Part shown: positions 33,301 to 46,888 of the stretch, in pieces
How the letters are laid out: each line of letters starts with the position of its first letter
Position numbering within the stretch: the stretch's first letter is position 1
Source of the DNA: Eledone cirrhosa
Lineage: Eukaryota
Assembly: GCA_964016885.1 (NCBI GenBank)
Contig: CAXHJY010000889.1
Coordinates: 1-64,000, forward strand
Length of the DNA: 64,000 nt
Direction: 5' to 3'
Notes under the pieces: model-generated
The model's database searches: none
Told to the model about the DNA's origin: nothing
The model's input: the letters and a program-made list of their open reading frames with translations, nothing else
Position numbers and translations under genes: made by a program

Positions 33301-36300
33301 TCTTTTTACGTTTTTCTGATTTTTTGCATGTTTCGAAATCTAAAAAGACCGTAAAAAATTAATGCTTTTACAAATCTTTAGAAATATTTACTTTCTGGTT
33401 TCAAATTTTGCAGATTAAATTTTTTTCGAAAAACCTAAAAAATCAGTTTTCGAAATCAGAAGTTAATATTTCGAAATATTGATTTTTTTTAGGTTTTTCG
33501 AAAACCTTATATAATTAATTTTTTTTAGGTTTTTCGAAAAAGAGTTCATATATACTTCTGCATTAATCTTTTTACGTTTTTCGGTTTTTTTGCATGTAAA
33601 TCTAAAAAAAACCTAACAAATTAATGCTTTTACAAATCTTTCGAAATATCTACTTCCTGGTTTCAAATTTTGCAGATTAAACTTTTTTCGAAAAACCTAA
33701 AAAATCAGTTTTCGAAATCAGAAGTTAATATTTCGAAATATTGATTTTTTTTTAGGTTTTTCGAAAACCTTATATAATTAATTTTTTTTAGGTTTTTCGA
33801 AAAAGAGTTCATATATACTTCTGCATTAATCTTTTTACGTTTTTCTGATTTTTTGCATGTTTCGAAATCTAAAAAAAACTTAAAAAATTAATGCTTTTAC
33901 AAATCTTTAGAAATATTTACTTTCTGGTTTCAAATTTTGCAGATTAAATTTCTTTCCAAAAACCTAAAAAAATCAGTTTTCGAAATCAGAAGTTAATATT
34001 TCGAAAAACGCAATTTGAAAAACGCATATTAATTTTTTTTATACTTTTATATCTGATTTTTTTATACTTTTATATCAGATTTTTTTATACTTTTATATCA
34101 GATTTTTTTATACTTTTATATCTGATTTTTTTATACTTTTATATCTGATTTCAAATATTGATTTTTTTAGGTTTTTCGAAAACCTTATATAATCAATTTT
34201 TTTTAGTTTTTTCTAAAAAGAGTTCATAGTCGAAATATATACTTCCGCATTAATCTTTTTACGTCTTTCTGATTTTTTGCATGTTTCGAAATCTAAAAAA
34301 AACGTAACAAATTAATGCTTTTACAAATCTTTCGAAATATCTACTTCCTGGTTTCAAATTTTGCAGATTAAACTTTTTTCGAAAAACCTAAAAAATCAGT
34401 TTTCGAAATCAGAAGTTAATACTTTTTTACTTTTATATCTGATTTTTTTATACTTTTATATCTGATTTCAAATATTGATTTTTTTAGGTTTTTCGAAAAC
34501 CTTATATAATCAATTTTTTTTAGTTTTTTCTAAAAAGAGTTCATAGTCGAAATATATACTTCCGCATTAATCGTTTTACGTTTTTCTGATTTTTTGCATG
34601 TTTCGAAATCTAAAAAAAACGTAAAAAATTAATGCTTTTACAAATCTTTAGAAATATTTACTTTCTGGTTTCAAATTTTGCAGATTAAATTTTTTTCGAA
34701 AAACCTAAAAAATCAGTTTTCGAAATCAGAAGTTAATATTTCGAAATATTGATTTTTTTTAGGTTTTTCGAAAACCTTATATAATTAATTTTTTTTATGT
34801 TTTTCGAAAAAGAGTTCATATATACTTCTGCATTAATCTTTTTACGTTTTTCGGTTTTTTTGCATGTAAATCTAAAAAAAACGTAACAAATTAATGCTTT
34901 TACAAATCTTTCGAAATATCTACTTCCTGGTTTCAAATTTTGCAGATTAAACTTTTTTCGAAAAACCTAAAAAAATCAGTTTTCGAAATCAGAAGTTAAT
35001 ACTTCGAAAAACGCAATTTGAAAAACGCAATTTGAAAAACACATATTAATTTTTTTTCGAAAACTTTATATAATCAATTTTTTTATACTTTTAAAAATAT
35101 TTATATCTGATTTCAAATATTGATTTTTTTAGGTTTTTCGGAACCTTATATAATCAATTTTTTTTAGGTGTTTCGAAATATATACTTCTGCATTAATCTT
35201 TTTACGTTATTCTGATTTTTTGCATATATCGAAATCTAAAAAAAACGTAAAAATTTAATGCTTTTACAAATCTTTAGAAATATTTACTTTCTGGTTTCAA
35301 ATTTTGCAGATTAAATTTTTTTCGAAAAACCTAAAAAAATCAGTTTTCGAAATCAGAAGTTAATATGCAATTTGGAAAACGCATATTAATTTTTTTTCGA
35401 AAACCTTATATAATCGATTTTTTTATACTTTTAGAAATATTTATATCCGATTTCAAATATTGATTTTTTTAGGTTTTTCGAAAACCTTATATAATCAATT
35501 TTTTTATACTTTTATATCTGATTTCAAATATTGATTTTTTTAGGTTTTTCGAAAACCTTATATAATCAATTTTTTTTAGTTTTTTCGAAAAAGAGTTCAT
35601 AGTCGAAATATATACTTCCGCATTAATCTTTTTACGTTTTTCTGATTTTTTGCATGTTTCGAAATCTAAAAAAAACGTAAAAAATTAATGCTTTTACAAA
35701 TCTTTAGAAATATTTACTTTCTGGTTTCAAATTTTGCAGATTAAATTTTTTTCGAAAAACCTAAAAAATCAGTTTTCGAAATCAGAAGTTAATATTTCGA
35801 AATATTGATTTTTTTTAGGTTTTTCGAAAACCTTATATAATTAATTTTTTTTATGTTTTTCGAAAAAGAGTTCATATATACTTCTGCATTAATCTTTTTG
35901 CGTTTTTCGGTTTTTTTGCATGTAAATCTAAAAAAAACGTAACAAATTAATGCTTTTACAAATCTTTCGAAATATCTACTTCCTGGTTTCAAATTTTGCA
36001 GATTAAACTTTTTTCGAAAAACCTAAAAAAATCAGTTTTCGAAATCAGAAGTTAATACTTCGAAAAACGCAATTTGAAAAACACATATTAATTTTTTTTC
36101 GAAAACTTTATATAATCAATTTTTTTATACTTTTAAAAATATTTATATCTGATTTCAAATATTGATTTTTTTAGGTTTTTCGGAACCTTATATAATCAAT
36201 TTTTTTTAGGTTTTTCGAAATATATACTTCTGCATTAATCTTTTTACGTTATTCTGATTTTTTGCATATTTCGAAATCTAAAAAAAACGTAAAAATTTAA

Positions 36301-39300
36301 TGCTTTTACAAATCTTTCGAAATATTTACTTTCTGGTTTCAAATTTTGTAGATTAAATTTTTTTCGAAAAACCTAAAAAAATCAGTTTTCGAAATCAGAA
36401 GTTAATATTTCGAAAAAAGCAATTTGGAAAACGCATATTAATTTTTTTTCGAAAACCTTATATAATCGATTTTTTTATACTTTTAGAAATATTTATATCC
36501 AATTTCAAATATTGATTTTTTTAGGTCTTTCGAAAACCTTATATAATCAAATTTTTTTAGTTTTTTCGAAAAAGAGTTCATAGTCGAAATATATACTTCC
36601 GCATTAATCTTTTTACGTTTTTCTGATTTTTTGCATGTTTCGAAATATAAAAAGACCGTAAAAAATTAATGCTTTTACAAATCTTTCGAAATATCTACTT
36701 CCTGGTTTCAAATTTTGCAGATTAAACTTTTTTCGAAAAACCTAAAAAATCAGTTTTCGAAATCAGAAGTTAATCTTTCGAAATATTGATTTTTTTTTAG
36801 GTTTTTCGAAAACCTTATATAATTAATTTTTTTTAGGTTTTTCGAAAAAGAGTTCATATATACTTCTGCATTAATCTTTTTACGTTTTTCTGATTTTTTG
36901 CATGTTTCGAAATCTAAAAAAAACTTAAAAAATTAATGCTTTTACAAATCTTTAGAAATATTTACTTTCTGGTTTCAAATTTTGCAGATTAAATTTCTTT
37001 CCAAAAACCTAAAAAAATCAGTTTTCGAAATCAGAAGTTAATATTTCGAAAAACGCAATTTGAAAAACGCATATTAATTTTTTTTATACTTTTATATCTG
37101 ATTTTTTTATACTTTTATATCAGATTTTTTTATACTTTTATATCAGATTTTTTTATACTTTTATATCTGATTTTTTTATACTTTTATATCTGATTTCAAA
37201 TATTGATTTTTTTAGGTTTTTCGAAAACCTTATATAATCAATTTTTTTTAGTTTTTTCTAAAAAGAGTTCATAGTCGAAATATATACTTCCGCATTAATC
37301 TTTTTACGTTTTTCTGATTTTTTGCATGTTTCGAAATCTAAAAAGACCGTAAAAAATTAATGCTTTTACAAATCTTTAGAAATATTTACTTTCTGGTTTC
37401 AAATTTTGCAGATTAAATTTTTTTCGAAAAACCTAAAAAATCAGTTTTCGAAATCAGAAGTTAATATTTCGAAATATTGATTTTTTTTAGGTTTTTCGAA
37501 AACCTTATATAATTAATTTTTTTTAGGTTTTTCGAAAAAGAGTTCATATATACCTCTGCATTAATCTTTTTACGTTTTTCGGTTTTTTTGCATGTAAATC
37601 TAAAAAAAACCTAACAAATTAATGCTTTTACAAATCTTTCGAAATATCTACTTCCTGGTTTCAAATTTTGCAGATTAAACTTTTTTCGAAAAACCTAAAA
37701 AATCAGTTTTCGAAATCAGAAGTTAATATTTCGAAATATTGATTTTTTTTTAGGTTTTTCGAAAACCTTATATAATTAATTTTTTTTAGGTTTTTCGAAA
37801 AAGAGTTCATATATACTTCTGCATTAATCTTTTTACGTTTTTCTGATTTTTTGCATGTTTCGAAATCTAAAAAAAACTTAAAAAATTAATGCTTTTACAA
37901 ATCTTTAGAAATATTTACTTTCTGGTTTCAAATTTTGCAGATTAAATTTCTTTCCAAAAACCTAAAAAAATCAGTTTTCGAAATCAGAAGTTAATATTTA
38001 GAAAAAAGCAATTTGGAAAACGCATATTAATTTTTTTTCGAAAACCTTATATAATCGATTTTTTTATACTTTTAGAAATATTTATATCCGATTTCAAATA
38101 TTGATTTTTTTAGGTTTTTCGAAAACCTTATATAATCAATTTTTTTATACTTTTATATCTGATTTCAAATATTGATTTTTTTAGGTTTTTCGAAAACCTT
38201 ATATAATCAATTTTTTTTAGTTTTTTCTAAAAAGAGTTCATAGTCGAAATATATACTTCCGCATTAATCTTTTTACGTTTTTCTGATTTTTTGCATGTTT
38301 CGAAATCTAACAAAAACGTAAAAAATTAATGCTTTTACAAATCTTTAGAAATATTTACTTTCTGGTTTCAAATTTTGCAGATTAAATTTTTTTCGAAAAA
38401 CCAAAAAAATCAGTTTCGAAATCAGAAGTTAATATTTCGAAATATTGATTTTTTTTAGGTTTTTCGAAAAAGAGTTCATATATACTTCTGCATTAATCTT
38501 TTTACGTTTTTCGGTTTTTTTGCATGTAAATCTAAAAAAAACGTAACAAATTAATACTTTTACAAATCTTTCGAAATATCTACTTCCTGGTTTCAAATTT
38601 TGCAGATTAAACTTTTTTCGAAAAACCTAAAAAAATCAGTTTTCGAAATCAGAAGTTAATATTTCGAAAAATGCAATTTGAAAAACGCATATTAATTTTT
38701 TTTCGAAAACCTTAAATAATCGATTTTTTTATACTTTTAGAAATATTTATATCTGATTTCAAATATTGATTTTTTTAGGTTTTTCGAAAACCTTATATAA
38801 TCAATTTTTTTTAGTTTTTTTGAAAAAGAGTTCATAGTCGAAATATATACTTCCGCATTAATCTTTTTACGTTTTTCTGATCTTTTGCATGTTTCGAAAT
38901 TTAAAAAAAACGTAAAAAATTAATGCTTTTACAAATAATCAATTTTTTTATACTTTTAGAAATATTTATATCTTATTTCAAATATTGATTTTTTAGGTTT
39001 TTCGAAAAAATTGATTATATAAATAATCAATTTTTTTTAGGTTTTTCGAAAAAAGAATGACTGTGAGTCATAGTCGAAATATATACTTCGGCATTAATCT
39101 TTTTACGTTTTTCTGATTTTTTGCATGTTTCGAAATCTAAAAAAAAACTTAAAAAATTAATGCTTTTACAAATCTTTAGAAATATTTACTTTCTGGTTTC
39201 AAATTTTGCAGATTAAATTTTTTTCGAAAAACCTAAAAAATTAGTTTTCGAAATCAGAAGTTAATATTTCGAAATATTGATTTTTTTTAGGTTTTTCGAA

Positions 39301-40055
39301 AACCTTATATAAGTAATTTTTTTTAGGTTTTTCGAAACATTAATCTTTTTACGTTTTTTGGTTTTTTTGCATGTAAATCTAAAAAAAACGTAACAAATTA
39401 GTGCTTTTACAAATCTTTCGAAATATCTACTTCCTGGTTTCAAATTTTGCAGATTAAACTTTTTTCGAAAAACCTAAAAAAATCAGTTTTCGAAATCAGA
39501 AGTTAATACTTCGAAAAACGCAATTTGAAAAACGCAATTTGAAAAACACATTAATTTTTTTTCGAAAACTTTATATCAATTTTTTTATACTTTTAAAAAT
39601 ATTTATATCTGATTTCAAATATTGATTTTTTTAGGTTTTTCGAAATATATACTTCTGCATTAATCTTTTTACGTTATTCTGATTTTTTGCATATTTCGAA
39701 ATCTAAAAAAAACGTAAAAATTTAATGCTTTTACAAATCTTTCGAAATATTTACTTTCTGGTTTCAAATTTTGCAGATTAAATTTTTTTCGAAAAACCTA
39801 AAAAAATCAGTTTTCGAAATTAGAAGTTAATATTTTGGAAAATGCAATTTGGAAAACGCATATTAATTTTTTTTCGAAAACCTTATATAATCGATTTTTT
39901 TATACTTTTAGAAATATTTATATCTGATTTCAAATATTGATTTTTTTATAAAAATCAGTTTTTGAATTCAGAAGTTAATATTTCGAAAAACGCAAATCAA
40001 TTTGTTTATACTTTTAGAAATATTTATAACTGATTTCAAATATTGATTTTTTTTA
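30383..40055. repeat. AT-rich satellite A, array 2 (9673 bp)
   Basis: Same monomer classes and orientation as array 1; 23-bp VNTRs at 30545-30613, 32277-32368, 34034-34148 and 37079-37193. Confidence 0.97.
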
Positions 40056-43000
40056 GGTTTAAGTCTAAGGCTTGATGTTGGGGTTTAAGTCTATGTCTAA
40101 GGGTTGGGGTTGGGGTTTAAGTCTAAGTCTAAAGCTTGTATTTGTGGTTCAAGTCTAAGTCTAAGGCTTGAGTTTGGGGTTTATGTGTAAGTCTAAGTTT
40201 AAGGTTACGTCTAAGGCTAGGGGTTGGGGTTTAAATCTAAGTCTGAGGCTTGGGTTTGGGGTTTAAATGTAAGCTTTGGGTTGGGGTTAACGTCTAAGTC
40301 TAAGGCTTGTGGTTAGGGTTTAAGTCTAAGTTTAGGGGTTGGTGTTTAAGTTTACGTCTAAGGCTAGGGGTTGGGGTTAAGTCTAAGTCTAAGCGTTGCG
40401 CTATAAGTCTAAGTCTGAGGCTTGAGGTTGGGGTTTAAGTCTAAGTCTAAGGCTTTGGGTTGGGGTTTAAGCCTAAGTCGAAGACTTGGCTTTTGGGTTT
40501 AAGTCTAAGGCTTGTGTTTATGGTTTAATTCTTGGGTTTGGGGTTTAAGTGTAAATCTAAGGCTAATGAGTTGGTGTTTAAGTGTAAGTCTAATGCTAGT
40601 GGTTGGGGTTTAAGTCTAACTTGGGGTTGGGGTTCAACTCTGAGGCTAAAGCTTGGGGTTGGGGTTTAAGTCTATGTCTAAGGCTTGGTTTGGGTTTAAG
40701 TTTATTTACGATTAAGACATGTTGTTAGGGTTTAATTGTAAGGCTTGCTGTTGTGGTTTAAGTCTATGTATAAAGCTTTGGGTTAGGGTTTAATTCTAAT
40801 TCTAAGGCTTTGGTTTGGGGTTAATGTCTACGTCTAAGGCTTGAGGTTGGGGTTTAAGTCTAAGCCTAAGTTTTAGAGTTGGGGTTTAAGTCTAAGTTTA
40901 AGGGTTGGGTTTAAATCTAAATCCTGGAGTTGGGCTTTAAGTCTAAGTCTAAGGCTTGGGGTTGGGGTGTAATTCTGAGTCTAAGGCTGAGGGTTGACGT
41001 TTAATTCTAAGTCTAAGCCTTGGAGTTGGGGTTTAAGTCTAAGGCTTTTAGTTGGACTTTCAGTCTAAGTCTAAGTCTTGGGTTTGAGGTTTAAGTCTAA
41101 GTCTAATGCTTTGGGTTGAGGTTTAAGTCTAAGTCTAAGACTTGGGGTTGGGGTTTAAGTCTAAGTCTAAGTCTTGGGGTTTGAGTTTAAATCTAAGCTT
41201 GGAGCTGCGGTTGAAGTCTAAGTCTAAGTCATGTGGTTGGGGTTTAAATATATGTCTATGGCTTGTTGTTTATGTCTAAGTCTAAGACTTTGGGTTGTGG
41301 TTTAAGTCAAAGGTTTGGGGTTGGGGTTTAAGTTTAAGTCTAAGGCTAGGAGTTGGTGTTTAAGTCTAACACTAAGGCTTAGGGTTGGGGTTTATGTCTA
41401 AGCCTTGTGGTTATGGTTTAATTCAAAAGCTTGGAGTTGGGGTTTAAGCCTAAGTCTAAAGCTTGGGGTTGGGGTTTAAGCCTAAGGCTTCGGGTTAAGG
41501 TCTAAGTGCAAGACTTGGTGTTAGGGTTTAAATCTAAGTCTAATGCTAGTGGTTGGGTTTTAAGTCTAAGGCTTGGGCTTGTGATTTAAGTCTAAGGCTA
41601 AGGCTTGGGGTTTGGGTTTAAGTCTATCTCTAAGGCTTGGTGTTGGGGATTAAATCTATGTCTAAGGCTTTGGGTTGTGATTTAAGTCTAAGTCTAAGGC
41701 CTGGGGTTGAGGTTTAAATCTAAGTCTAAGGCTTGGGGTTGGTGTTTAATGTAAAGTCTAAGGCTAGTAGTTGGGTCTCAAGTCTAAGTCTAAGCCTTGG
41801 GGTTGACGTTAAAATCTAAGTCTAAGGCTTGAGGTTGGCGTTTAAGTCTACGTCTAAGGCTTGAGGTTGGGGCTTAAATCTATGTCTATGGCTTGGGGTT
41901 TAAGTCTAAATCTAAGGCTTATGTTTGGGGTAAGTTTTAAGTCTAAGGCTTGGGATTGGGATTTAAGTTTAAATCTAAGGCTTGGGGTTAGGGTTTAAGT
42001 TTAAGTCTATAGCTTCGGTATGGGGTTTAAGTTTAATTCTAAGGCTTTTGGTAGAGGTTTAAGTCTGCGACTAAGGCTTGGGGTTGGTCTCTAAGTCTAA
42101 GGCTTGGGGTTGGGGTTTAAGTCTAAGTCTTATGCTTGTGGTTGGGTTTCAAATCTAAGTCCAACATTTGCGCTTGATCTTCAAGTCTAACTCTAAGGCT
42201 TGGGATTGGGGTGTAAGTCTAAGTCAAAGGCTTGTGGTTGGGGTTTAAATCTATCTCTAAGGCTTGGGGTTAAAGTCTAAGTCTACAGCTTAATATTGGC
42301 GAGTAAGTCTAAGTCTAAGGATTGGTGTTGGGGATTATATCTATGACTAAGGCTTTGGTTGTGTTTTAAGTCTATGTCTAAGGCCTGGGGCTGGTATTTA
42401 AATCTAAGTCTAAGGATTGGGGGTCGAGGTTTAAGACTAAATTTAAGGCTGGGGGTTGGGGTTTAATGTTAAGTCAAAGGCTAGGAGTTGGTATTTAAGT
42501 CAAAGTCTAAGGCTTGGGGATGGGGTTTGTGTCTAAGGCTTGTGGTTATAGTTTAATTCTGAGGCTTGGAGCTGGGGTTTAACTCTAAGTCTAAGTCTTG
42601 AGGTTGGGGTTTAAATCTATGTCTATGGCTTGGAGTTTAAGTCTAAGTCTAATGCTAGTGGTTGGGTTTTAAGTCTAAGTCTTAGGCTTGGGGTTGGGGT
42701 TCAAGTCTAAGTCTAAGGCTTAAGGTTGGGGTTAAGTCTAAGTCTAAGACTTGGGGTTGGGGTTTAAGTCTAAGTTTAAGGCTTGGAGCTGGGGTTTAAC
42801 TCTAAGTCTAAGTCTTGAGGTTGGGGTTTAAATCTATGTCTATGGCGTGGAGTTTAAGTCTAAGTCTAATGCTAGTGGTTGGGTTTTAAGTCTAAGTCTT
42901 AGGCTTGGGGTTCAAGTCTAAGTCTAAGGCTTAAGGTTGGGGTTAAGTCTAAGTCAAAAGGTTGGGGTTTAAGTCTAAGGCTTGGGGTTAGGGTTTATGT

Positions 43001-46000
43001 CTAAGGCTTGGTGTTGGGGGTTTAAGTCTAAGTCTAAGGATTGGGTTTAAGTCTAAGTCTAAGTCTAGTTGTTGGGATTTAAGTCCAAATCTAAGACTTG
43101 GGGTTGGGATTCAACTCTAAGTCTAAGGCTTGGTGTTGGGGTTTGAATCTATGTGTATGGCTTGGGGTTTAACTCGAAGTCTAAGGCTTAATGTTGGGGT
43201 TTAAGTCTAAGTCTAATGCTATTGGTTGGGGTTTATGTCGATGTCTAAAGCTTCGGGTTGGGGTTTAAGTTTAAGTCTAAGGCTTGGATTTTGGGTTTAA
43301 GTCTAAGTCTAAGTCTAATGTGGTTGGGGTTTAAGACCAAGTCTAAGGCTTGGAGCTGGGGTTTAAGTCTATTGCTAAGTCTTGAGGTTGGTGTTTAAAT
43401 CTATGTCTATGGCTTGGAGTTTAAGTCTAAGTCTAATACTAGTGGTTAGGTTTTAAGTCTAAGTCTAAGGCTTGGGGTTGAGGTTCAAGTCTAAGTCTAA
43501 GGCTTGAGGTTGGGGTTTAAGTCTACGTCTAAGGTTTGAGGTTGGTGTTTAAATCTATGTCTATGGCTTGGGGTTTAAGTCTAAATCTAAGACTTATGGT
43601 TGGGGTAAGTCTAAGTCTAATGCTTGTGGTTGGGGTTTAAGTCTAAATCTAAGACTTTCGGTTGGGGTTTAAGTTTACAAGCTGGGCTAAGGCTTGGGGT
43701 TAGGTTTTAAGTCTAAGGCTTGAGGTTGGGGTTTAAGTCTAAGTCTAAGTCTTGAAGTTGAGGTTTAAATCTATGTCTATGGCTTGGAGTTTAAGTCTAA
43801 GTCTAATGCTAGTGGTTGGGGTTTAAGTCTAAGTCTAAGGCTTGGGGTTAGGGTTTAAGTTTAAGTCTAAAGCTTCGGTTTGGGGTTTCAGTTTAATTCG
43901 AAGGCTTTCGGTAGAGGTTTAAGTCTACGACTAAGGCTTGGTGTTGGTTTTTAAGTGTAAGGTTTAAGTCTAAGTCTTATGCTTGTGGTTGGGGTTTAAG
44001 TCGAAGTCTAAGGCTTGGGCTTGGTGTATAAATCTAAGTCTAACGCTTGTGCTTGATCTTCAAGTCTAACTCTATGGTTTGGGGTTGTGGTGTAAATCTA
44101 AGTCTAAGGCTTGGGGTTCGGGTTTAAATCTAAGTCTAAGGCTTGGTGTTGGGGTTTGAGTCTAAGTATAAGGCGTGTGGTTGGGGTTTATGTCTAAGAC
44201 TAAGGCATGGGGTAAGGGTTTAAGTCTAAGGCTAAGGCTTGGGGTTAGGATGTGAGTATAAATCTAATGCTTGGCGTTAGGGTTTAAGTCTAAGTCTAAG
44301 GCTTGGGTTTGGGGTATAAATCTAATTATAAGGATAAGGTTGGGGTTCGGGTTTAAGACTAAGTGTTGTGGTTAGGATTTAATTCTAAGGCTTGGCGTTG
44401 GGGTTTACGTCTAAGTCTAAAGCTTGGGGTAGGGGTTTAAGTCATGTCGAAGGCTTGGAGTTTAAGTCTAACTCTAAGGCTTTGGTTTGGGGTTTAAGAC
44501 TACGTGTAAGGCTTGAGGTTGGGGTTTAAGTCTAAGTCTTGGAGTTGGGGTTTAATTTTACGTCTAAGGCTTGGGTTTGTGGTTTAAGTCTAAGTCTAAG
44601 AGTTGGTATTAGTCTTTAAATCTAAGGCTTGGATTTGGGGTGTAAGTCTAAGTCTAAGGCTTGTGGTTGGGGTCTAAATCCATGTCTAAGGCTTAGGGTT
44701 TAAGTCTAAGTCTAAAGCTTAATGTTGGGGATTAAGTCTAAGTCTAAGACTTAAGGTTGGGGTTTAAGTCTACGTCTAAGGCTTGTGGTTGGGTTTTATG
44801 TAGAAGTCTAAACATGGGGTTGGGGTTTAAGTCTATGTCTAAGGCTTGGGATTGGGGTTTAAGTCTAAGTCTAAGGATTTGTGTTGGTTTTTAAGTTTAC
44901 GTGTTGGGGTTTGGGGTTAAGTTGTAAGTCTAAAGCTTGTTATAAGGGTTTAATTCTAAGGCTTGGGGTTGTGGTTTAAGTCTATGTATAAGACTTGGGG
45001 TTGGGGTTTAATTCTAAGTCTAAGGCTTTGGTTTGGGGTTAGTGTCTAAGTCTAAGGCTTGAGGTTGGGATTTAAATCTAAGTCTAAGTCTTGGAGTTGG
45101 GGTTTAAGTTTACGTCTAAGGTAAGGGGTTGGGGTGTAAGTCTAAGTCTAAGGCTTTGGGTTGGGGTTTATGTCTAAGTCTAAGGCTTTGGGTTGGGGTT
45201 TAAGTCTAAGTCTAAGCCTTTTGGTTGGTGTTTAAGTGTATGTCTAAGGGTTGGTGTTGGATTTAAGTCTAAGTCAAATGCTTGGGTTTGGGCTTTATGT
45301 CTAAGTCTAAGTCTTGGGGTTGGGGTTTAAGTCTAAGTTTAAGGCTTGGAGCTGGGGTTTAACTCTAAGTCTAAGTCTTGAGGTTGGGGTTTAAATCTAT
45401 GTCTATGGCGTGGAGTTTAAGTCTAAGTCTAATGCTAGTGGTTGGGTTTTAAGTCTAAGTCAAATGCTTGGGTTTGGGCTTTATGTCTAAGTCTAAGTCT
45501 TGGGGTTGGGGTTTAAGTCTAAGTTTAAGGCTTGGAGCTGGGGTTTAACTCTAAGTCTAAGTCTTGAGGTTGGGGTTTAAATCTATGTCTATGGCGTGGA
45601 GTTTAAGTCTAAGTCTAATGCTAGTGGTTGGGTTTAAAGTCTAAGTCTTAGGCTTGGGGTTGGGGTTCAAGTCTAAGTCTAAGGCTTAAGGTTGGGGTTA
45701 AGTCTAAGTCTAAGACTTGGGGTTGGGGTTTAAGTCTAAGTTTAAGGCTTGGAGCTGGGGTTTAACTCTAAGTCTAAGTCTTGAGGTTGGGGTTTAAATC
45801 TATGTCTATGGCGTGGAGTTTAAGTCTAAGTCTAATGCTAGTGGTTGGGTTTTAAGTCTAAGTCTTAGGCTTGGGGTTCAAGTCTAAGTCTAAGGCTTAA
45901 GGTTGGGGTTAAGTCTAAGTCAAAAGGTTGGGGTTTAAGTCTAAGGCTTGGGGTTAGGGTTTATGTCTAAGGCTTGGTGTTGGGGGTTTAAGTCTAAGTC

Positions 46001-46888
46001 TAAGGATTGGGTTTAAGTCTAAGTCTAAGTCTAGTTGTTGGGATTTAAGTCCAAATCTAAGACTTGGGGTTGGGATTCAACTCTAAGTCTAAGGCTTGGT
46101 GTTGGGGTTTGAATCTATGTGTATGGCTTGGGGTTTAACTCGAAGTCTAAGGCTTAATGTTGGGGTTTAAGTCTAAGTCTAATGCTATTGGTTGGGGTTT
46201 ATGTCGATGTCTAAAGCTTCGGGTTGGGGTTTAAGTTTAAGTCTAAGGCTTGGATTTTGGGTTTAAGTCTAAGTCTAAGTCTAATGTGGTTTAAGACCAA
46301 GTCTAAGGCTTGGAGCTGGGGTTTAAGTCTATTGCTAAGTCTTGAGGTTGGTGTTTAAATCTATGTCTATGGCTTGGAGTTTAAGTCTAAGTCTAATACT
46401 AGTGGTTAGGTTTTAAGTCTAAGTCTAAGGCTTGGGGTTGAGGTTCAAGTCTAAGTCTAAGGCTTGAGGTTGGGGTTTAAGTCTACGTCTAAGGTTTGAG
46501 GTTGGTGTTTAAATCTATGTCTATGGCTTGGGGTTTAAGTCTAAATCTAAGACTTATGGTTGGGGTAAGTCTAAGTCTAATGCTTGTGGTTGGGGTTTAA
46601 GTCTAAATCTAAGACTTTCGGTTGGGGTTTAAGTTTACAAGCTGGGCTAAGGCTTGGGGTTAGGTTTTAAGTCTAAGGCTTGAGGTTGGGGTTTAAGTCT
46701 AAGTCTAAGTCTTGAAGTTGAGGTTTAAATCTATGTCTATAGCTTGGAGTTTAAGTCTAAGTCTAATGCTAGTGGTTGGGGTTTAAGTCTAAGTCTAAGG
46801 CTTGGGGTTAGGGTTTAAGTTTAAGTCTAAAGCTTCGGTTTGGGGTTTATGTCTAAGTCTAAGTCTTGGGGTTGGGGTTTAAATCTAA
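40056..46888 (+). repeat. 32-bp minisatellite block B, copy 2 (6833 bp)
   Basis: Colinear with B1 at offset 16327. The +179 bp length difference is accounted for by a 186-bp duplication (45275/45461), a 6-bp deletion (~46290) and a 1-bp indel. Confidence 0.96.
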